Below are positions 37,538 to 51,395 of a stretch of DNA of 64,000 nucleotides, piece by piece. Both the position numbers and the translations under genes were made by a program. The notes beneath the pieces were generated by a model that had not been told where the DNA came from, ran no database searches, and saw only the letters and a program-made list of their open reading frames with translations. Numbering within the stretch: position 1 is the stretch's first letter; every line of letters begins with the position of its first letter. This DNA comes from Guillardia theta CCMP2712 (lineage: Eukaryota; Protista; Cryptophyta): assembly GCF_000315625.1 (NCBI RefSeq), contig NW_005434622.1:138883-202882 (forward strand). The letters run 5' to 3'.

Positions 37538-40500
37538 ATGGTGGTTGATGTGGCCTTGAGACTGGCTGTCGAGGAGTCTCTAGCAGCATACGCCACCTCT
37601 AACGCAGTCTTTCTGGCTGAGCGGCTTGTCGCCTGTTCTTCATCGCCGGAAACCAAATATTTGCTAGCTACAGCATACCATGCAGCTGGCGAAACCCACA
37701 GAGCGTTTGCGGTGTTGTCTCCGGCGACAACAGCCAAGAACAGGTGAAACAAGAACCTTCATTCTACTAACTAACACGCACGTGCGTCTGGGGCAGATTC
37801 CTGCTGGCTGTTTGTGCATTCAAGCTGGGCAAGTTCAAAGAGGCTGAAAATGCTCTCACCGGATGTCAATTCGGCTCTGACGGGTCGCCGAATGAAGCTT
37901 ACGCGCAACTGCTGCTCGGTCAGATCTGTCGGTATGAGACAAGAGCTCAGCAGCGAATCTTCGATGTGACGTTGTACTAGGGCTTCAAACCGCAACACTC
38001 AGGCTATCGATCACTTCCAAAAAGTGCGATCGCGACATTGACTGCTGCTCTTTGTTCACCCGTCGTGCCGCAGGCCCTCATGCTACAGCCAACCCTGTGG
38101 GTGGCATGGGACAACCTCTGCCAGCTAGGATACGACGAGGACCCCAGCACTCTGTTCCACGAGGAGGCGATTCTCCTGCAGTTCCAGCAGGTGAGGGTGC
38201 GACTGGAGCTGGCCAGACCTCTGAGAGAGCAGCAGATGAGGAGCAGCTTGTCGACCCCAGCTGTCAAGCCTCAATCTCAACCGTCAGGCCTCAGCCTTGA
38301 GATGCCCGAGGCCGCAACCCCGATGAGTATGAGCAATGCCAACACGAGCATCAGCGTACATCCTTCTACTCCTGGATCCAACGGTACGAGCTCCCTCCCT
38401 CCTCCAACCCTGTGCTGTTGTGCTCGCACGTTGCTTCCTGGTGGCCTTGTTGCTGGTCTTACTGTACAGGAACAGCAGGCGGCATGAGCACGGTAACGCC
38501 AATCACGCCGTGGGCGAGCTCGAATCCACAGACGGTAAGGCTGGAATGAAAGGACAAGGATGATGATGAGGAGGAAGAGGAGGAGGAGGGGCGGGTAAAG
38601 ACGCTGAAACGAATTCCGAAGGGATCCACTCCTGTATCGGCTCCCACCAACACGAGTGCTCTCGCTGCCAACTTCGCGACTCCTGTACAGACTCATGTGA
38701 TGTCGAGCCTCCATACCAAGTTCAGCATGACTGACGATGTGGTCAGATGGACTTCACTCCAGACTCCTCCCTTACCCCTACAGGGAGCGGCCCCCCTCCT
38801 CTCCTCTCCAAGGTGACTCAAGGGCTGGTCTTCCAACTCCGAGACTCACAGTTGACCTCCCCCCTTCCCCCTCCCCCCCTCTTTCTGCTCCTCCTTTGTG
38901 CTAGGTGGCTGCTCCTCCACGGCGACCTCGCAGCGATAGATCAGAAATCCCGCGGGCCCAGAGATCTTCGGCCGTTCGCTCCCTCGATGGTGAAAACACA
39001 GATCCCTCCCTGGTGAGTCCCTGTATGTGTCTTCCTGCTATCTTACCCTTCTTCTCCTCCTCCTTTCAGACTTTGGGGATGGGGTCGAGCTCCGTTCGGC
39101 GATCGACGAGGTCAGCAGCCATGAACTATATGCTGATCCCCGGGCCCATCGGCTTTCCTTCCATCAGCAACAACCACGAGATGATGGACGAAGACCTGCC
39201 TCGCGTCAAGAAGCAGGCGGTCAGAATCTCTCCTGATCTCCTCTCCTCTCCTCTCCTTTCCTCTCTCCTCCCCTCCTCTCCTTCTCTCTCGTCTGACTTT
39301 CTGCCGCACAGCAGATGACCTCGTTCCCCTCCACGAGAGGATCGGTATCCTGCAGCCCCTGCCCTCCTCCTTCCTCCTCATCCTGCCTGCAGGCGGGCTC
39401 CTCTCACTCTAGCAACCAGAACATCACAAGCTGTCAATCTCCCCGACCGGCTGACTCGCTCAGTGCGACCTCGCTGCAGACAACCGATGTTAGCCAACCT
39501 CAGACCCTCCTCTCTCCCCTTGCACATCCTTCACGTCCCTTGCCCTGTTCTTCCTGCGTCGCGCTCTGCTCCCGCCGCATCTTCCCCACCTTCCTTGCAC
39601 TTCCTCACTGAATAGTCTACAGGCCCTGGAGCTCCTGCAGCTGCTCAAGAAGTTTGCACAGGCTTTCCGTCACCTCTCCATGTTGGGAGGGGAGGGGAGG
39701 TAGAGGGAGGCGCTGATGCCCATGGCCAGGTACCGGTCGACTGAGGCCCTCCAAGCTCTCTCCGAGCTGCCCAAGTGCCACTACAACACCGGATGGGTCC
39801 AATGCCAGGTAAGACCTTTTTGGGCTTCAGCTCCCCGGGACGTCCGAACAAGCTGAGCAAATGACTAGGTTGCCATCGCCTACTTCAACATGGCGCAGCA
39901 TCTCAAGGAAAGGAGGGCGTGCTGCCTTGTTCCCCTTGCCTGACTTCCTCTTCCTTTCCTGCAGGCAGAGGAGGCCTTCCGTCGATGTAGACAGCTGGAG
40001 CCGCACAGGTTGCACGCTGAGGCCTGGAAGGAGCGGCGGGAGGTTGATTAGCTCGGCAGGCTCAAGGGGATGGAGATTTACTCCACCGTCCTCTGGTTCC
40101 TCAAGCGCGAGCACGACCTCTGTTACCTCGCACAAGAAATGGTAGCCCTCGACCGTCTTGCCCCACAGGTTTTCCTTCCCCATCCCCTTCTTATACCTCC
40201 TCCCCCCCCCCCCCTCGTTCGCGCGTTTCCCATCCTTGCTCCTGCTCTCCATCAACCAGTTCGAGCTTGCCCTGAGCTAGGTGCGAACAGACTTGGTGTG
40301 TGCTGGGGAACTGCTTCTCTCTGCAGAGAGAGTTCGAGACGGCGATCAAGTTCTTCCACCGGGCGGTGCAGGTAGACCCGTGCTTCACCTACGCCTACAC
40401 GCTAGCCGGACACGAGCATGTGTCCAACGAGGACTTCGACAAGGCGACTAGCGCGTTCAGAGATGCCGTGAGGTATGACGACCGACACTACAACGCCTGG

Positions 40501-41899
40501 TAAGAGAGAACCTGCCCTTGCTCTTGCCTCTCTCCCTCCCTCTTGGTCTCCCTCTCCCTCTGCATCTCCTGTCTCAAAAGGGTTCAGGTACGGGTTGGGA
40601 ACCATCTACCTCAAGCAAGAGAAGTTTCAGGTCTGCGCCTCTCCTTCCCCCGCTCGGGTCCAGCTGAGCCGTGAGCAGCTGGCCGAGTATCACTTCCGAC
40701 GAGCGCTCGAGATCAACCCGAGGAACTCGGTGCTCCACTGCTACCTCGGCATGGCCCTGCTGTCCTCCTCTTGCTACGACGACGCGATCGCTGTTCTCAA
40801 TGTGAGCTGAGATGACAATGAGCTGAGTGGAGGGTTGGGGTTGGGGGTTGATTGGAAGGGGGTGGAGGGGGGAGGGGTCTGGAGGAGGAAGAGAACAGAA
40901 ACGTGGGGGAGAGGGAGTTCACCGGCGGTGAAACTTTTTTCAGCGAGCGATCAAAATGGACCCCAACAATCCCTTGGCAAAGTTAAGAAAGGTCTGAACC
41001 TCCGCCAACCAGTTCCCTCGCTCTCCTCTCCTCCCTCCTTCCAATCTGTCTCTCCCCTTCCCTTTCTCCCGCCTATCTTCTCTTTCTCCTCCATCTTCCA
41101 TTCCCACTCTTCCTCTCTCCTCCTCTCACTCTTCTCGTGCCAGGCAATCGCTCTCTCGCAGCTGAATAGGAACGAGGAGGCTCTTGAAGAGCTCATCTCT
41201 CTCCAGCAAATCGCCCCAAGAGAGAGCACAGTGCTGATTCAGATGGGTACGTTCAGGAGGGAGGGTGGTGGTGGTGGTGGGGGGATGGGGGGGGTGCGAT
41301 GGGCTGAATTCTCGTTGTTTAGGCAAAGTGCAGAAGAAACTTGGGAAGCTACATGACGCGCTGGCAAGTTTCAACCACGCCTCGGACCTTGACCCTAAGG
41401 TAACGAAGCAGCATCCTCCTCCTCTACTCTATCTTGTTCCTTCCTCCTCCTCTACTCTATCTTGTTCCTTCCTCCTCCTCTACTCTATCTTGTTCCTTCC
41501 TCCTCCTCTACTCTATCTTGTTCCTTCCTCCTCCTCTACTCTATTTTGTTCCTTCCTCCTCCTCTACTCTATCTTGTTCCTTCCTCCTCCTCTACTCTAT
41601 CTTGTTCCTTCCTCCTCCTCTACTCTATCTTGTTCCTTCCTCCTCCTCTACTCTATCTTGTTCCTTCATCCTCCCTCCCCTCGTGTCCCTTTCTCTTCTC
41701 GTATTCTGCTGATCCGTTTCCTCCACTCTGCACTTCTTTTCCCCTTCGCTGCTCCCTCCCCTTGCTTTCACTCGTTCACCGTTTCCTTCCTTGTGTTCAA
41801 TGCTCCCTACCTGATGTGCGATAGATGGGAAACATCATCAAGGGACACATCGACAAGCTGCAAATGGCAGATCTGCTGGAAGAGGACTCGATGCTGTAA
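37538..41899 (+). CDS. CDC27: Anaphase-promoting complex subunit 3 (CDC27), TPR protein, multi-exon
   Basis: NAVFLAERL..YLLATAY N-terminus; GMEIYSTVLWFLK, WCVLGNCFSLQRE..AIKFF, FTYAYTLAGHE, RHYNAWYGLG, AEYHFRRALEINPRNSVL; stop TAA 41897-41899. Confidence 0.93.
41414..41668. repeat. 28-bp minisatellite (ttccttcctcctcctctactctatcttg) ~9 copies in last CDC27 intron
   Basis: Direct inspection. Confidence 0.9.
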
Positions 41900-42281
41900 T
41901 GCAAGTGATGGCATGGAGACAGAGGGCACGAAAGGAGACTGGGAAAACCTCCCCCTCCCCCGCCTTCCGCGAGTTAGCATACCAATCAATCAATCAAGTG
42001 AATGAATCAAGGGTATACACGGCTCGCGATCTCTCGCTCTCCTCTCGCCTCCTCCTCTCAAACATATTCTGTCTCGTTCAGATTTCTCGCATCGCTTCTC
42101 CCAACAGGTTCCCTCCCCCTCGCTCTCCTCAATGAAATTGTGGAGGGAGGAGGAAGCAGTTCTGCCATCGTGTTTCAGAGAGTGGCCTGGCATTTCCCTC
42201 TTAAATCCCTTTCCTCCTGACCGTCTACCTGTATCAACCCTCCTCTCCCTCCCATGAAAAGTTTCTCATCGTTTCAATGAT

Positions 42282-43415
42282 TCACTTGCTATGCTTTAGT
42301 TCCTGCACCTTCAGCTCCATCTCCTCTCCTCCGCTCGACGCCTGCAGCTCGTACACATAGATGGTGAGCTTGCTATCCTGGATGTCAAGTAGGACGAAGG
42401 AAGGGGTCACATTGCTGCCGTTCCACGTGTCACTCCAAGACAACAGGCAAGCAGCGATATCCTTCCCACCTTGTCATTCCGCTGTATGCTCCGGTGATCG
42501 ATCCTGGGTTTATGTACAGCTTTTCCTCGTGGACATTGATCGAGTACTTGTGCGTGTGTCCGGTGATGAGAACATCCACATCTAGTTGTCTCTGCAGCAT
42601 CGCAAGGGCCTGAGAATACGTGAGAGGAGAAAGAGCTGGAGGAGAGAGGCTGAGAAGGAGGCTGAGGAGAGAGGCTGAGGAGGAGGCTGAGGAGGAGGAA
42701 GCTGAGGCTGAGGCTGAGGCTGAGGAGGAGGCTGAGGCTGAGGAGGAGAAGGAGGAAGAGGAATGCAGAGCAGAAGGGAGTGGAAGTGGAGAGTTCATCA
42801 TGACCTCCTGATCACCCCAAGGAACAACTTGATGACCATGGCACAACCCGATCTTCCAGTTGTGGATGTTCACGACCTTAGTCTCCCTGCGGGCGGGTCA
42901 GCAGCGCAAGGCGAGCTGCTTCGTCAGCTCACGGGTAGTTGCCCTCGTCGAAGTCGCCTTTGACAATCTGTGGATGATTCTTTCCATCAGTGCTATGACC
43001 ATCATTTCCTCCCACACGATCGTCTCCAGGAGTGACTTTCGACCTCGCAGCTAAACTGCCTCACTGCACTAATTGCTGGGTGGTTGTCAAAACCTAAACC
43101 CCTGAAGCTATCCCTCACTCTCTCCTATCCCATCCTTTACACAGAATATGCACGAGCACATAAAAATGACAAGAAAGCTTCTCTCCCCGCCTTCCCCTTC
43201 CCCGCCTCGCACTCCTGCCTCTCTCCCCTACCGACTCGGCTTACATGGAGATCACTTGAGAGGGAGCGGAAGTACTCCTGCATCTCCTTGCTGCTGAGAT
43301 TTCCTGTGCATAGAACACCTTCGATCTTCTCGGGCACGAGGAGGCGGCGAAACTTGGCGGGTATGTCTCCTGCTCGCCCTGGCACCAGCGCGTCCCCTAC
43401 CGCGAGCACCAGCAT
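42282..43415 (-). CDS. VPS29: Retromer subunit VPS29, multi-exon
   Basis: MLVLAVGD..LCTGNL; VKGDFDE; KIGLCHGHQVVPWGD; LDVDVLITGHTH..INPGSITGA; PSFVLLDIQ..YVYEL. Confidence 0.95.
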
Positions 43416-43777
43416 AGATGCTGAGGTCACCGATGCTGCGCGGGGATGCGGTCCATGTTTGAAGGAACCGGCCCGGCCAGGCCCGACGGTTCACTCCGCC
43501 GGGACTAGGAGAGGTGTAGGGTGGGGTGTTTTGACAGAGAAAAGGAGGGGTGAATATGGGCGGGGATGGAGGTTGGATAAGGGGGTACGTAGGGATAAAA
43601 TTGATGTGAACAGGAGGGGTAGTGGCGGGCAGGCCAAGTGCGAAGGGGCGCGGCGACAATGGTGAGATATCGCGATGGATGTATAAAGATCACAATCAAA
43701 GAATTCAACAAGTGAAAGACATCGTCTCCCTCTTGTGACGAATCAATAAGTAGAGGAGATTGTCTCGTTCTGATTTG

Positions 43778-44661
43778 CTACTCTTGGACTCTGCCTGTTG
43801 TTCCCTTCTTTGTCCACTGTCTCCGGTATCTGTTCAGCTTCTGTGATATGATGGCTGAGTTGCGACATGATTGTGGAGCTTTTCGATTATCGAAGTCGAC
43901 CCTGTGACTTCCAAATTTGTTTTGTATCATCCAGTGAACAACAAATGATTGTGAGTCAATATTGTGTGTCCGCCTAGATTTTCTCAGATATGTTTCAAAA
44001 TCCTTTCCGTATTTTGAAAGGTTCGTACAGGTCCGAGCCATTCTTTCGATGCTTTTGGACATGAACAGCACAGACACGTGCACCTCTGATGGTCTATACT
44101 GCTTCACGGGCATTCCCGGTGACGACGAGCTCGGGCTGGAAGATGTTGGACTGACGCAACGCAAACAGGAGCTGATGGCTATGGTGTGAGAGATGTTAAC
44201 GCGGACGATGTGTGGACAAACATGTAAAGAAGGAAAGTATTCATAGATGATGATGATGACCTTTTGCCTACCAGCTATGACGTGGACACTCGTTATGGCG
44301 GTGGTTCCGGCGTTGGTAATACTTCCGTTTAATCGTACCTGACCGGCTGACGTCAAATGTTTCAGCATCTACCTGGGATGCGAGTGATGTCAAGCCATTC
44401 ACCTACCATAATGTCTATTACTGAAGCCGGCCGCTTTGACTGCTTTGATATTGGACAATCTGTTGTGTGCTTGCTTGTGAAATCATGAAGCTTGACGGTT
44501 GAGGCAAATTTAGCTCCACAGCAGTGTTGGCTAATTAGTGAATCAAGTTTTTGGCAAACAAGGTACTGGTGTTGAGAATTATATACCAAGAAATTATGCC
44601 CTTTTGCGAGAAGTTCTCGATCATAGCTGCCCTCGCCCCAACGCTCAATCTGATCTGCCAC
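43778..44661 (-). CDS. Hypothetical Cys/His-containing basic protein, probably spliced
   Basis: Two abutting ORFs (44362..44661, 43778..44368) with candidate short introns; no family recognised. Confidence 0.3.
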
Positions 44662-44689
44662 TTTGGAACTGGCACGACCGTACTCGGGA

Positions 44690-45085
44690 GTCAGGAGTCC
44701 GAGGCTCTGGCCGGCCCACTGTCGCAGCCCGGCCCCCCGGCGCTCAGCCTGGCAGCCACGGGGTGACTCCCGGCGTCCGATGGGCCGCCCGGCAAGCCTG
44801 CCCGGCCAGCCTAGCGGCTGGCGGCGGGCTGAGGCGGCCGCCGCGGCCCGCGGCCCGCCGGGCCGGGTCGCGGGCCGCGGCTCGGCGACCCCGTACCGCC
44901 GGGCCTACGGTAGCGCGGCCTCAGCCTGCGGCCGGCGGCGCGGCGGCCCCCGTGCCACCCCGGCGGACCGGGTGGCTCAGTGGGCCCTCAGCCGGGAGCC
45001 TCGGAGTCCGACAAACTTCAAGCGGCGGAGTTTGACTTGGCCGCGGCGCCGGTGAGCCAGGCTCAGCGGCCGCGGGGCTCGAGTC
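44690..45085. other. Extremely GC-rich island with nested inverted repeats
   Basis: Visibly almost all G/C; stem 44840-44856 / 44865-44881. Confidence 0.7.
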
Positions 45086-46153
45086 ACGCTTTGTATTACG
45101 TGACCTAGCCTTCTTGACAGTGTGCCAAGAAGGTGTAGTCGAAAAGCTATCTTTTCGCGAAGGAGGCAATCGACCCAAAATAATCGATTTCGGACAAGCT
45201 TCCGCTTTCCCCTTCGCCGTTTTTAATCGAAATCATGTCTTTTCAGCGACTTCTCGAGATTTTTTCGGAGTTTACCGTCGACTGGGGGGTAAAAACGCGG
45301 GGCCTCGGAACCTGAAAGGGGTCCAAGGGTGTTGACTTAATTTTGAGGCCCTCGCTATTTCTAGTGGCAGCCCATGAGCGCTGGGCCCTCAAGTTCTTTT
45401 AATACCGTTCGGAAGATTCCGATGTAGAGATGCTTTACAGCATTAATTAATCTAGATTATGATATTGAAAATCTGGACGGTTTATTCAGGATTAGTGGCA
45501 TCTTAATCCTTGAGACCCCAAGATTAAGGCCCGACTGCCAAATAGAATATCCTTTCTACCCGAGTTTTGCCTGCCAACGTTTGCCTCCCAATACACTCTT
45601 CCACCCCCTTGGACTACCATACCATTCTAGGAGATCAACGGGGGTGGGGGTAGCGGGTTTGAGGCCCGAGATACATTGGAGATTGCAATGGTCGTAATTC
45701 TCGAGATCCCACCTACCCCTCCACCGTCCATGAACATGACTTATACTACCCTACCATCGATTTCTCAAGTTAATGTTGGGAAAACACCCTATCCTTAGAG
45801 TTGATTTATGACCCCACCCCACATGGTCCATTTTGTGAAATGCCTGGATGTTTTCCCCTCCTCGCCCCCATCTCTACTACCAAATACGGTCCCCCTTTCG
45901 CACGCACACACTCCCCGCCCCCCGCCCCCTCTCCTCCTCCCGTGCTTCTACTTCTTCTTCTGTATCAGTTGATCGATATCCTCTCTCCTTCTTCGAGCCT
46001 CCACCTTGGTGGTGAATCCAATTCCCTTCAAGGGCAACACATTTCACAGAAATCACCATCAAGATCGCCCTTGATCTCTTTCAGAGACAATCGGCCTTGA
46101 CTTGAGAGACTGTTGTCAGTCTAGCTGAAAGAGTTCACGTCAGCTTGAGCAGA

Positions 46154-46802
46154 ATGTCGCAAGGAGTTCAGGTCAACGCAAGGCCGAGACACGCTGATGG
46201 GTCGATCACCGTGAGAAAAGTACAACTCAACGAAAGCAACCTGCGGCCGCTGTTCGATATTCGCCAGGAAGATGCCGCCCAACTCCTGGTAAGGCATACA
46301 CATATTCTTTTTGTTCCACTTCTTGACAAGTTCCTTACAGGGAGTCTCTCTCTCCAGCCTTAAAAGCGCTTGCAGGAGGCTAGGTATCAACCGCTGGCCC
46401 TACACTCGGAGTAAGGTTTTACTACGCACAAGGGATTCTAGCGACAGGTCCAGTTCAGAAGCTGATAGCGGCTCAGATCCAAGTCCTCGTGAAGAGAGGG
46501 ACATGTTTGATTTCCATCAATTGCCAAGCAACCGCGAAGACCAGCATGGGGCGTTCACGCATAATCACGTATTGCATTTGAACGAAGAGACAGCTGTCAA
46601 CTGCGATAGCGAAGAAACAAGTCGCGACAATCATTTTGATGACAGCGAAGACCTTTTTCAGCAGATCCTTGACCTCCCACATGGGGAGCCCAACAAGGAA
46701 AGGCCTCCGGAAGCTGAAGAAGACCTGGATTCCTTCTTCTTTCATCCGATTCCTGAAATGAATGGATCTTGGATCGAACACTTTCACCCCAACCAAGCCT
46801 GA
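46154..46802 (+). CDS. RWP-RK domain transcription factor, two exons
   Basis: LRPLFDIRQEDAAQLL / intron 46289-46340 / GVSLSSLKSACRRLGINRWPY; acidic C-terminus. Confidence 0.9.
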
Positions 46803-48478
46803 TGAATTTGATCGTTTGAGAAATATTCTTTGAGTTCAAGGAGTTGATTTCCTTCAGGAGTAATGATTTGAAACAATAGTACACACTCCGCCGTTGTTGA
46901 ACCTCGCATTCAGCTCAGCGTTTAACAGCTCGTGACTACCCAACATTAATGTTTTTTATTTAAGTGAAATAAAATTTCTATGTTCTAGATAGAATCCAGA
47001 ATTGACGGATGAAAACTGAACTTGAGCTCTGAGTCACTAAGGCGTGGAGTACTACCCCAGTGATCGAGTGTGCTGCAGACAAAGCCCCACTGCCAGGCTG
47101 CATTGTATGTAACCTTCCGGGCGATCGGGTCTTTTGAAGGATGCAACAATGGTGGACCTTGACATCGTGGGGAAAATGCAGCAGCTGCAAGAAGACATGC
47201 AGGAGGATCTGATCTATTGAATATAAGGGAGCGGAGGACGAGGTCGAGGACGGGGATTGAGATGGAGGAAGGTGAGGAACAAGTGGAAGATGTAAGGCAC
47301 CAGATATAATCAGTGAGGGACTGAAGACATCGGATGACTCGAAGGCATGCTATCACAGTTGTGTAAGCCATCTGATTGCTTGGCTGTATGAGAACAGAGC
47401 ATGTCGTTGTTTGTCACGCAGAATGCAAGAGGAATGCAAGAGGAGTTTGGAAATGGAACCGAGGAATCTGGTCTAAGCACAAACAAGATCAAAGATAGTT
47501 TGGGTTTGATTCCTCTCCACATGAGGAAATGAGTGGCTATGAAGCAAACATTGAAGCTTCCGTCATACTTGTCTTGAAGGTCTGGGGTCAGGCATGTTTT
47601 CAGAAGGCACAATCGCTCAAAGACGTATCGGAAGTTTGCTACCCAAAGTTCTGATTCCTACCTTGGCCTTCAAAACAAAACCACTGATTAAACGAAAGTG
47701 GATGGTACTTTTACTAAAAACAAAAATTTACTTCGGGAAAGGCCTTGTCGTTCACGTTGTATGCAACAATGGGCCCGGGAAGGGATATTGTACTAGGATA
47801 TAAGAACCTGGATGTGATCATGGGAAGGACATCTCTTAAGTTTAGTTTGAATCCAAGATGATCAAAATGTAGGTTGCCAAGAGAAGGGCTGATCCAACGG
47901 GCGAACGAAAGGAATCGAAATCCATCCATGCGAACTTTGAAACCCATCTGTCCTGAAAGATGTCCATTTGATGCTCTTTCGTGAGATTACACGAACAGAG
48001 AAGATGATGTTACATTCATAAATTGAAAGCTTGTATGTGATATCAAAAGTGTTTGGGATGCCACCTAGTATCCGATCATCACTGTCATGTGATGACCGGG
48101 CCCGGCGATCGCCGAGCACCGGGGCCGTGAACTTGTGGTGGACTCTGATGATTCCGAAGTTCGTTGAGAGGTTGATGGCGGGACTCCGAGGGATGAGGAG
48201 AACGGTAAACGCGAAGCAACTATACCTCTACTACTAGTCAACAGCTCGTGTCACAGGCTGTGACACGTTCAAGTTTGAACTCGCCGGGGCGGCACGGCGG
48301 GCCGTTGTGAGCGACGGTCTGAGGCAGGCTTGAGTTTAGCAGCGCACAGTCCAACAAAGATGCAGCGGAAAGGAATGGTTGGGGAAACGATCACGATGAG
48401 CATGGCGATACGAAGATGAAGAGATGAAGGGATGAGTAGGGGGAGAGAAGAAGACGGAAATATCAGAGACTATACCCT

Positions 48479-50610
48479 ATGCATATCCTGCGTTGGCTTC
48501 TGACGTTTCTCTCACTGTGCGCGACTGGTATATCGGATTTGAATGAACCATGCAGCAGTTTCGTCGGAACGCAGGAAGAGGGAGGCAGCTGGCTCACCTG
48601 TGTAGTACAGAACCCTCAGCTCTGGGGAGACTTGAGCCGGAAGAAATGGAGCGGACCAGCGAACGGTTGCAGCGAATTGAAGAAGCATCTAGGAGAACAC
48701 TTCAACATGACCGTCTCGCACATCCAGTACTTTGATGAGCAATGTAACGCGTACATCGACTTGGACGACGAATACAACTCATGGAATGACTTCATGCTTC
48801 AAACGTACAAGCGATTGAGCGTTCGGCATGAGCCCATGGCTGACGGCATTGGAACTCGATCCTTGAACCTCCCTCAGAATGGATCTGAACTAACCACGAT
48901 GAGCCGCACCGACTTGAAAGATCAGGATGGATCTGCCAGTGACTTTTACGAGGGGGAGTCTGTGAAGCAGGTTGTGATGCTGGCATGCTCCTGTCCTACT
49001 TGACGCTCTCTTCGTAGTTCAAAAGAGGAGATTTCTGTCTGCAAGCATTTGTGCTTGACGTCAACCCACTATGTGCGGAGGACAGGATGAACTCGGAGAA
49101 GAGTGATGGTTGCTCCTGCTGTATTCAAACAAATGTGAAAAATTAAAGCAGGAAGCTCAGAGCTTGACAACGTCAAAGCAAGAATACGAAAGGTTAGCAA
49201 ATGCCGTGATCACCGAGTGTGAGAGTACCGAACCGAAGATGCTGGATCTGGGATTACGGAAAGATACGAGCGAGAATGAAGCAAGGCAGGCACTGAAGAA
49301 TGCGATGAGGCTGCTCACAAAGCATAACCTGAAAGTGAGTGTTGTGGATTGAGGATTCCTTCTTGTACTGAGATGTGTTGGGAAGCAAGCCGACGTTCTC
49401 ATGAACGAAACAAACAAGGACCTTGGCGATCTCAAGGCAAGTTGAGAAATGGACAGGAGCACATTTGTGGTTTCGCATAGACTGACATTTAGTAGGGAGG
49501 AATGAAGATTGTTGAGTTGAAAGGAAGAGGAGAATCGAAACTTGGAGGATGGATGAGAGAACTATCCATGGTTGCTTTTGCTGTGTTCACTCACCTCTGC
49601 GGTAAACGAAACTTTACAAGGTTACCTCAACGGTCTTCGATGTCAACACTTTCACACGACTATTCAGAAGGAAAGCTGCTCAGGTACATCTTGAGTGATG
49701 TCTTTCGACAGTCTCAGGTCGATGTCTCAGGTTGTCTTCTATGGAATCCAAACCAATGCTGTTTGTGCAGCGTATGCTTACGCTGCGTCCTTCAACAGGA
49801 TAGGTGCTCGAGCATGCCAACCTGCATTTTTTTTATTGAATGTCTTGTTGCGGATTTACTTCACTAGTCGCGCTATCACGAGACATCAAAGTTCCCAGAG
49901 ATTTCTACCAACGGCAGCTCGCATCTGGCAAAACACAGGCAGGTTCAATTTCTCTCAATGTGTGTCCAGTGAAGAAGCTTACAGTGCCCAACATACGGCG
50001 CCTTCACTCGTGTATGGAGAGCGAGGTGAGATGTTGTATGCAAGAGATAGCTGGCAGCTGACCATTCGATCAAGCTACCGCGCTGGGCTTGTGGAAGGCC
50101 TTCGCGTCATCACGCCCCCGGTTTCCTCCTTCATGTTCGATCCCTCTCCGTGCTCGCAAACCACGACGGAGCTGGACGTTGAGAAGAGAAAGCAATATGA
50201 AGATATTGTGAACGAGGAAAGAAAGTTGGGTGAAAGCAGTCAAGAAGATTTAGGAAAAGAGCAGCAAGAAAGACAAATGCAGCGAATGAATGCGATCATC
50301 CTGCACGCAAAGAACGTCGGGGAAGAGGTGCTCAAGGAGAATGTAAGTCTTGATCAAGCTTCAACAATTTTTTTCTCTTCTGAATTATCAATTCAAGTTC
50401 CTGACGATGCATTGGCTGTTTCAGAACATCAAGTTGTATAAGGGCCGAAAATATCATCTGTGAGTGAACCGCAAGAAAGAATCCTTGCTGCTCACGGTCC
50501 CAGCTGACGTTTGGCTGAGCAATAGGTGGGGAGTCGAGAAGAATCTGCACGCCTATCGCAGGGGGAAGCGAGGTGAAATCAGGCGGCGACTAGTGTCGCA
50601 GTCAAGCTCT
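48479..50610 (+). CDS. DUF2786-type protein, multi-exon
   Basis: KMLDLGL..SENEARQALKNAMRLLTKHNL, later VVFYGIQTNAVCAAYAY and SYRAGLVEGL; ends approximate. Confidence 0.6.
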
Positions 50611-51395
50611 CAGTGACTTGACTGACCGTCACTTCAGATTCACACATGGTCGACATTCTCCGTCGGGGCATCACTACCAAGAGGTGATCCGATCATCGGG
50701 ATGCGGCGGCCCACGGCCGTTTTGGTTCCCTAAACTCTGCGAGCTAATCGATTAAAGTCTCGGGAGTTAACTATAATTTACTCAATGGTAGCTGGGAGCC
50801 TCGACCCATCACTGCGGTACCACCCCTACTGGACCACCCCCTATTTCCCAACTTGTCGGCTTCAAGTTCCTTCTCTACCCCCTTAGGTCCCTTGGTCTCT
50901 AATTGTCTCATCGAGTTGTAAGTCACGGGCTCTTTCCTTGGTCTTGCACTACCCCACACCCAGCCTCCCATAATCTTCTCGCGTACCGAATTCCACTTTG
51001 CGACCCCCTGTTGCGTAAACTTGGTTGCAGAAACATGCGCCTTCCCTCTCTCTCCCTCCCTCTCCCTCTCTCTCCCCTTCTCTCTCCCTCTCTCTCCCCT
51101 CTCTCCCCACCCTTTCTCCCTCTCCCCCCACCCTTTCTCTCTCTGCCCCCCCCCCGCTCTCTCCCCGCTCTTTCCCCTCTCCCCCCTCTCCCCCTCCCTC
51201 CTATATTCCAATCAAGCTACATCTTTACAGCTTTCTTCCATGCCCTCCCTCTGTTATCATTATGTATCGTCTAATCATTCTCCTCCTTCCTGGCAACTGA
51301 TCGTATACAGAATGGTCCTATTTCTTGGGCTAGCCACAAAGAATGTTCCTATCTCTACCAGACTTCATTCATCTTGAATGAACCAGACTCTGACA

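Noticed and set aside
46985-48119. Chain of short minus-strand ORFs
   Set aside because: Stops and frameshifts, no recognisable motif; possibly decayed sequence but unsupported
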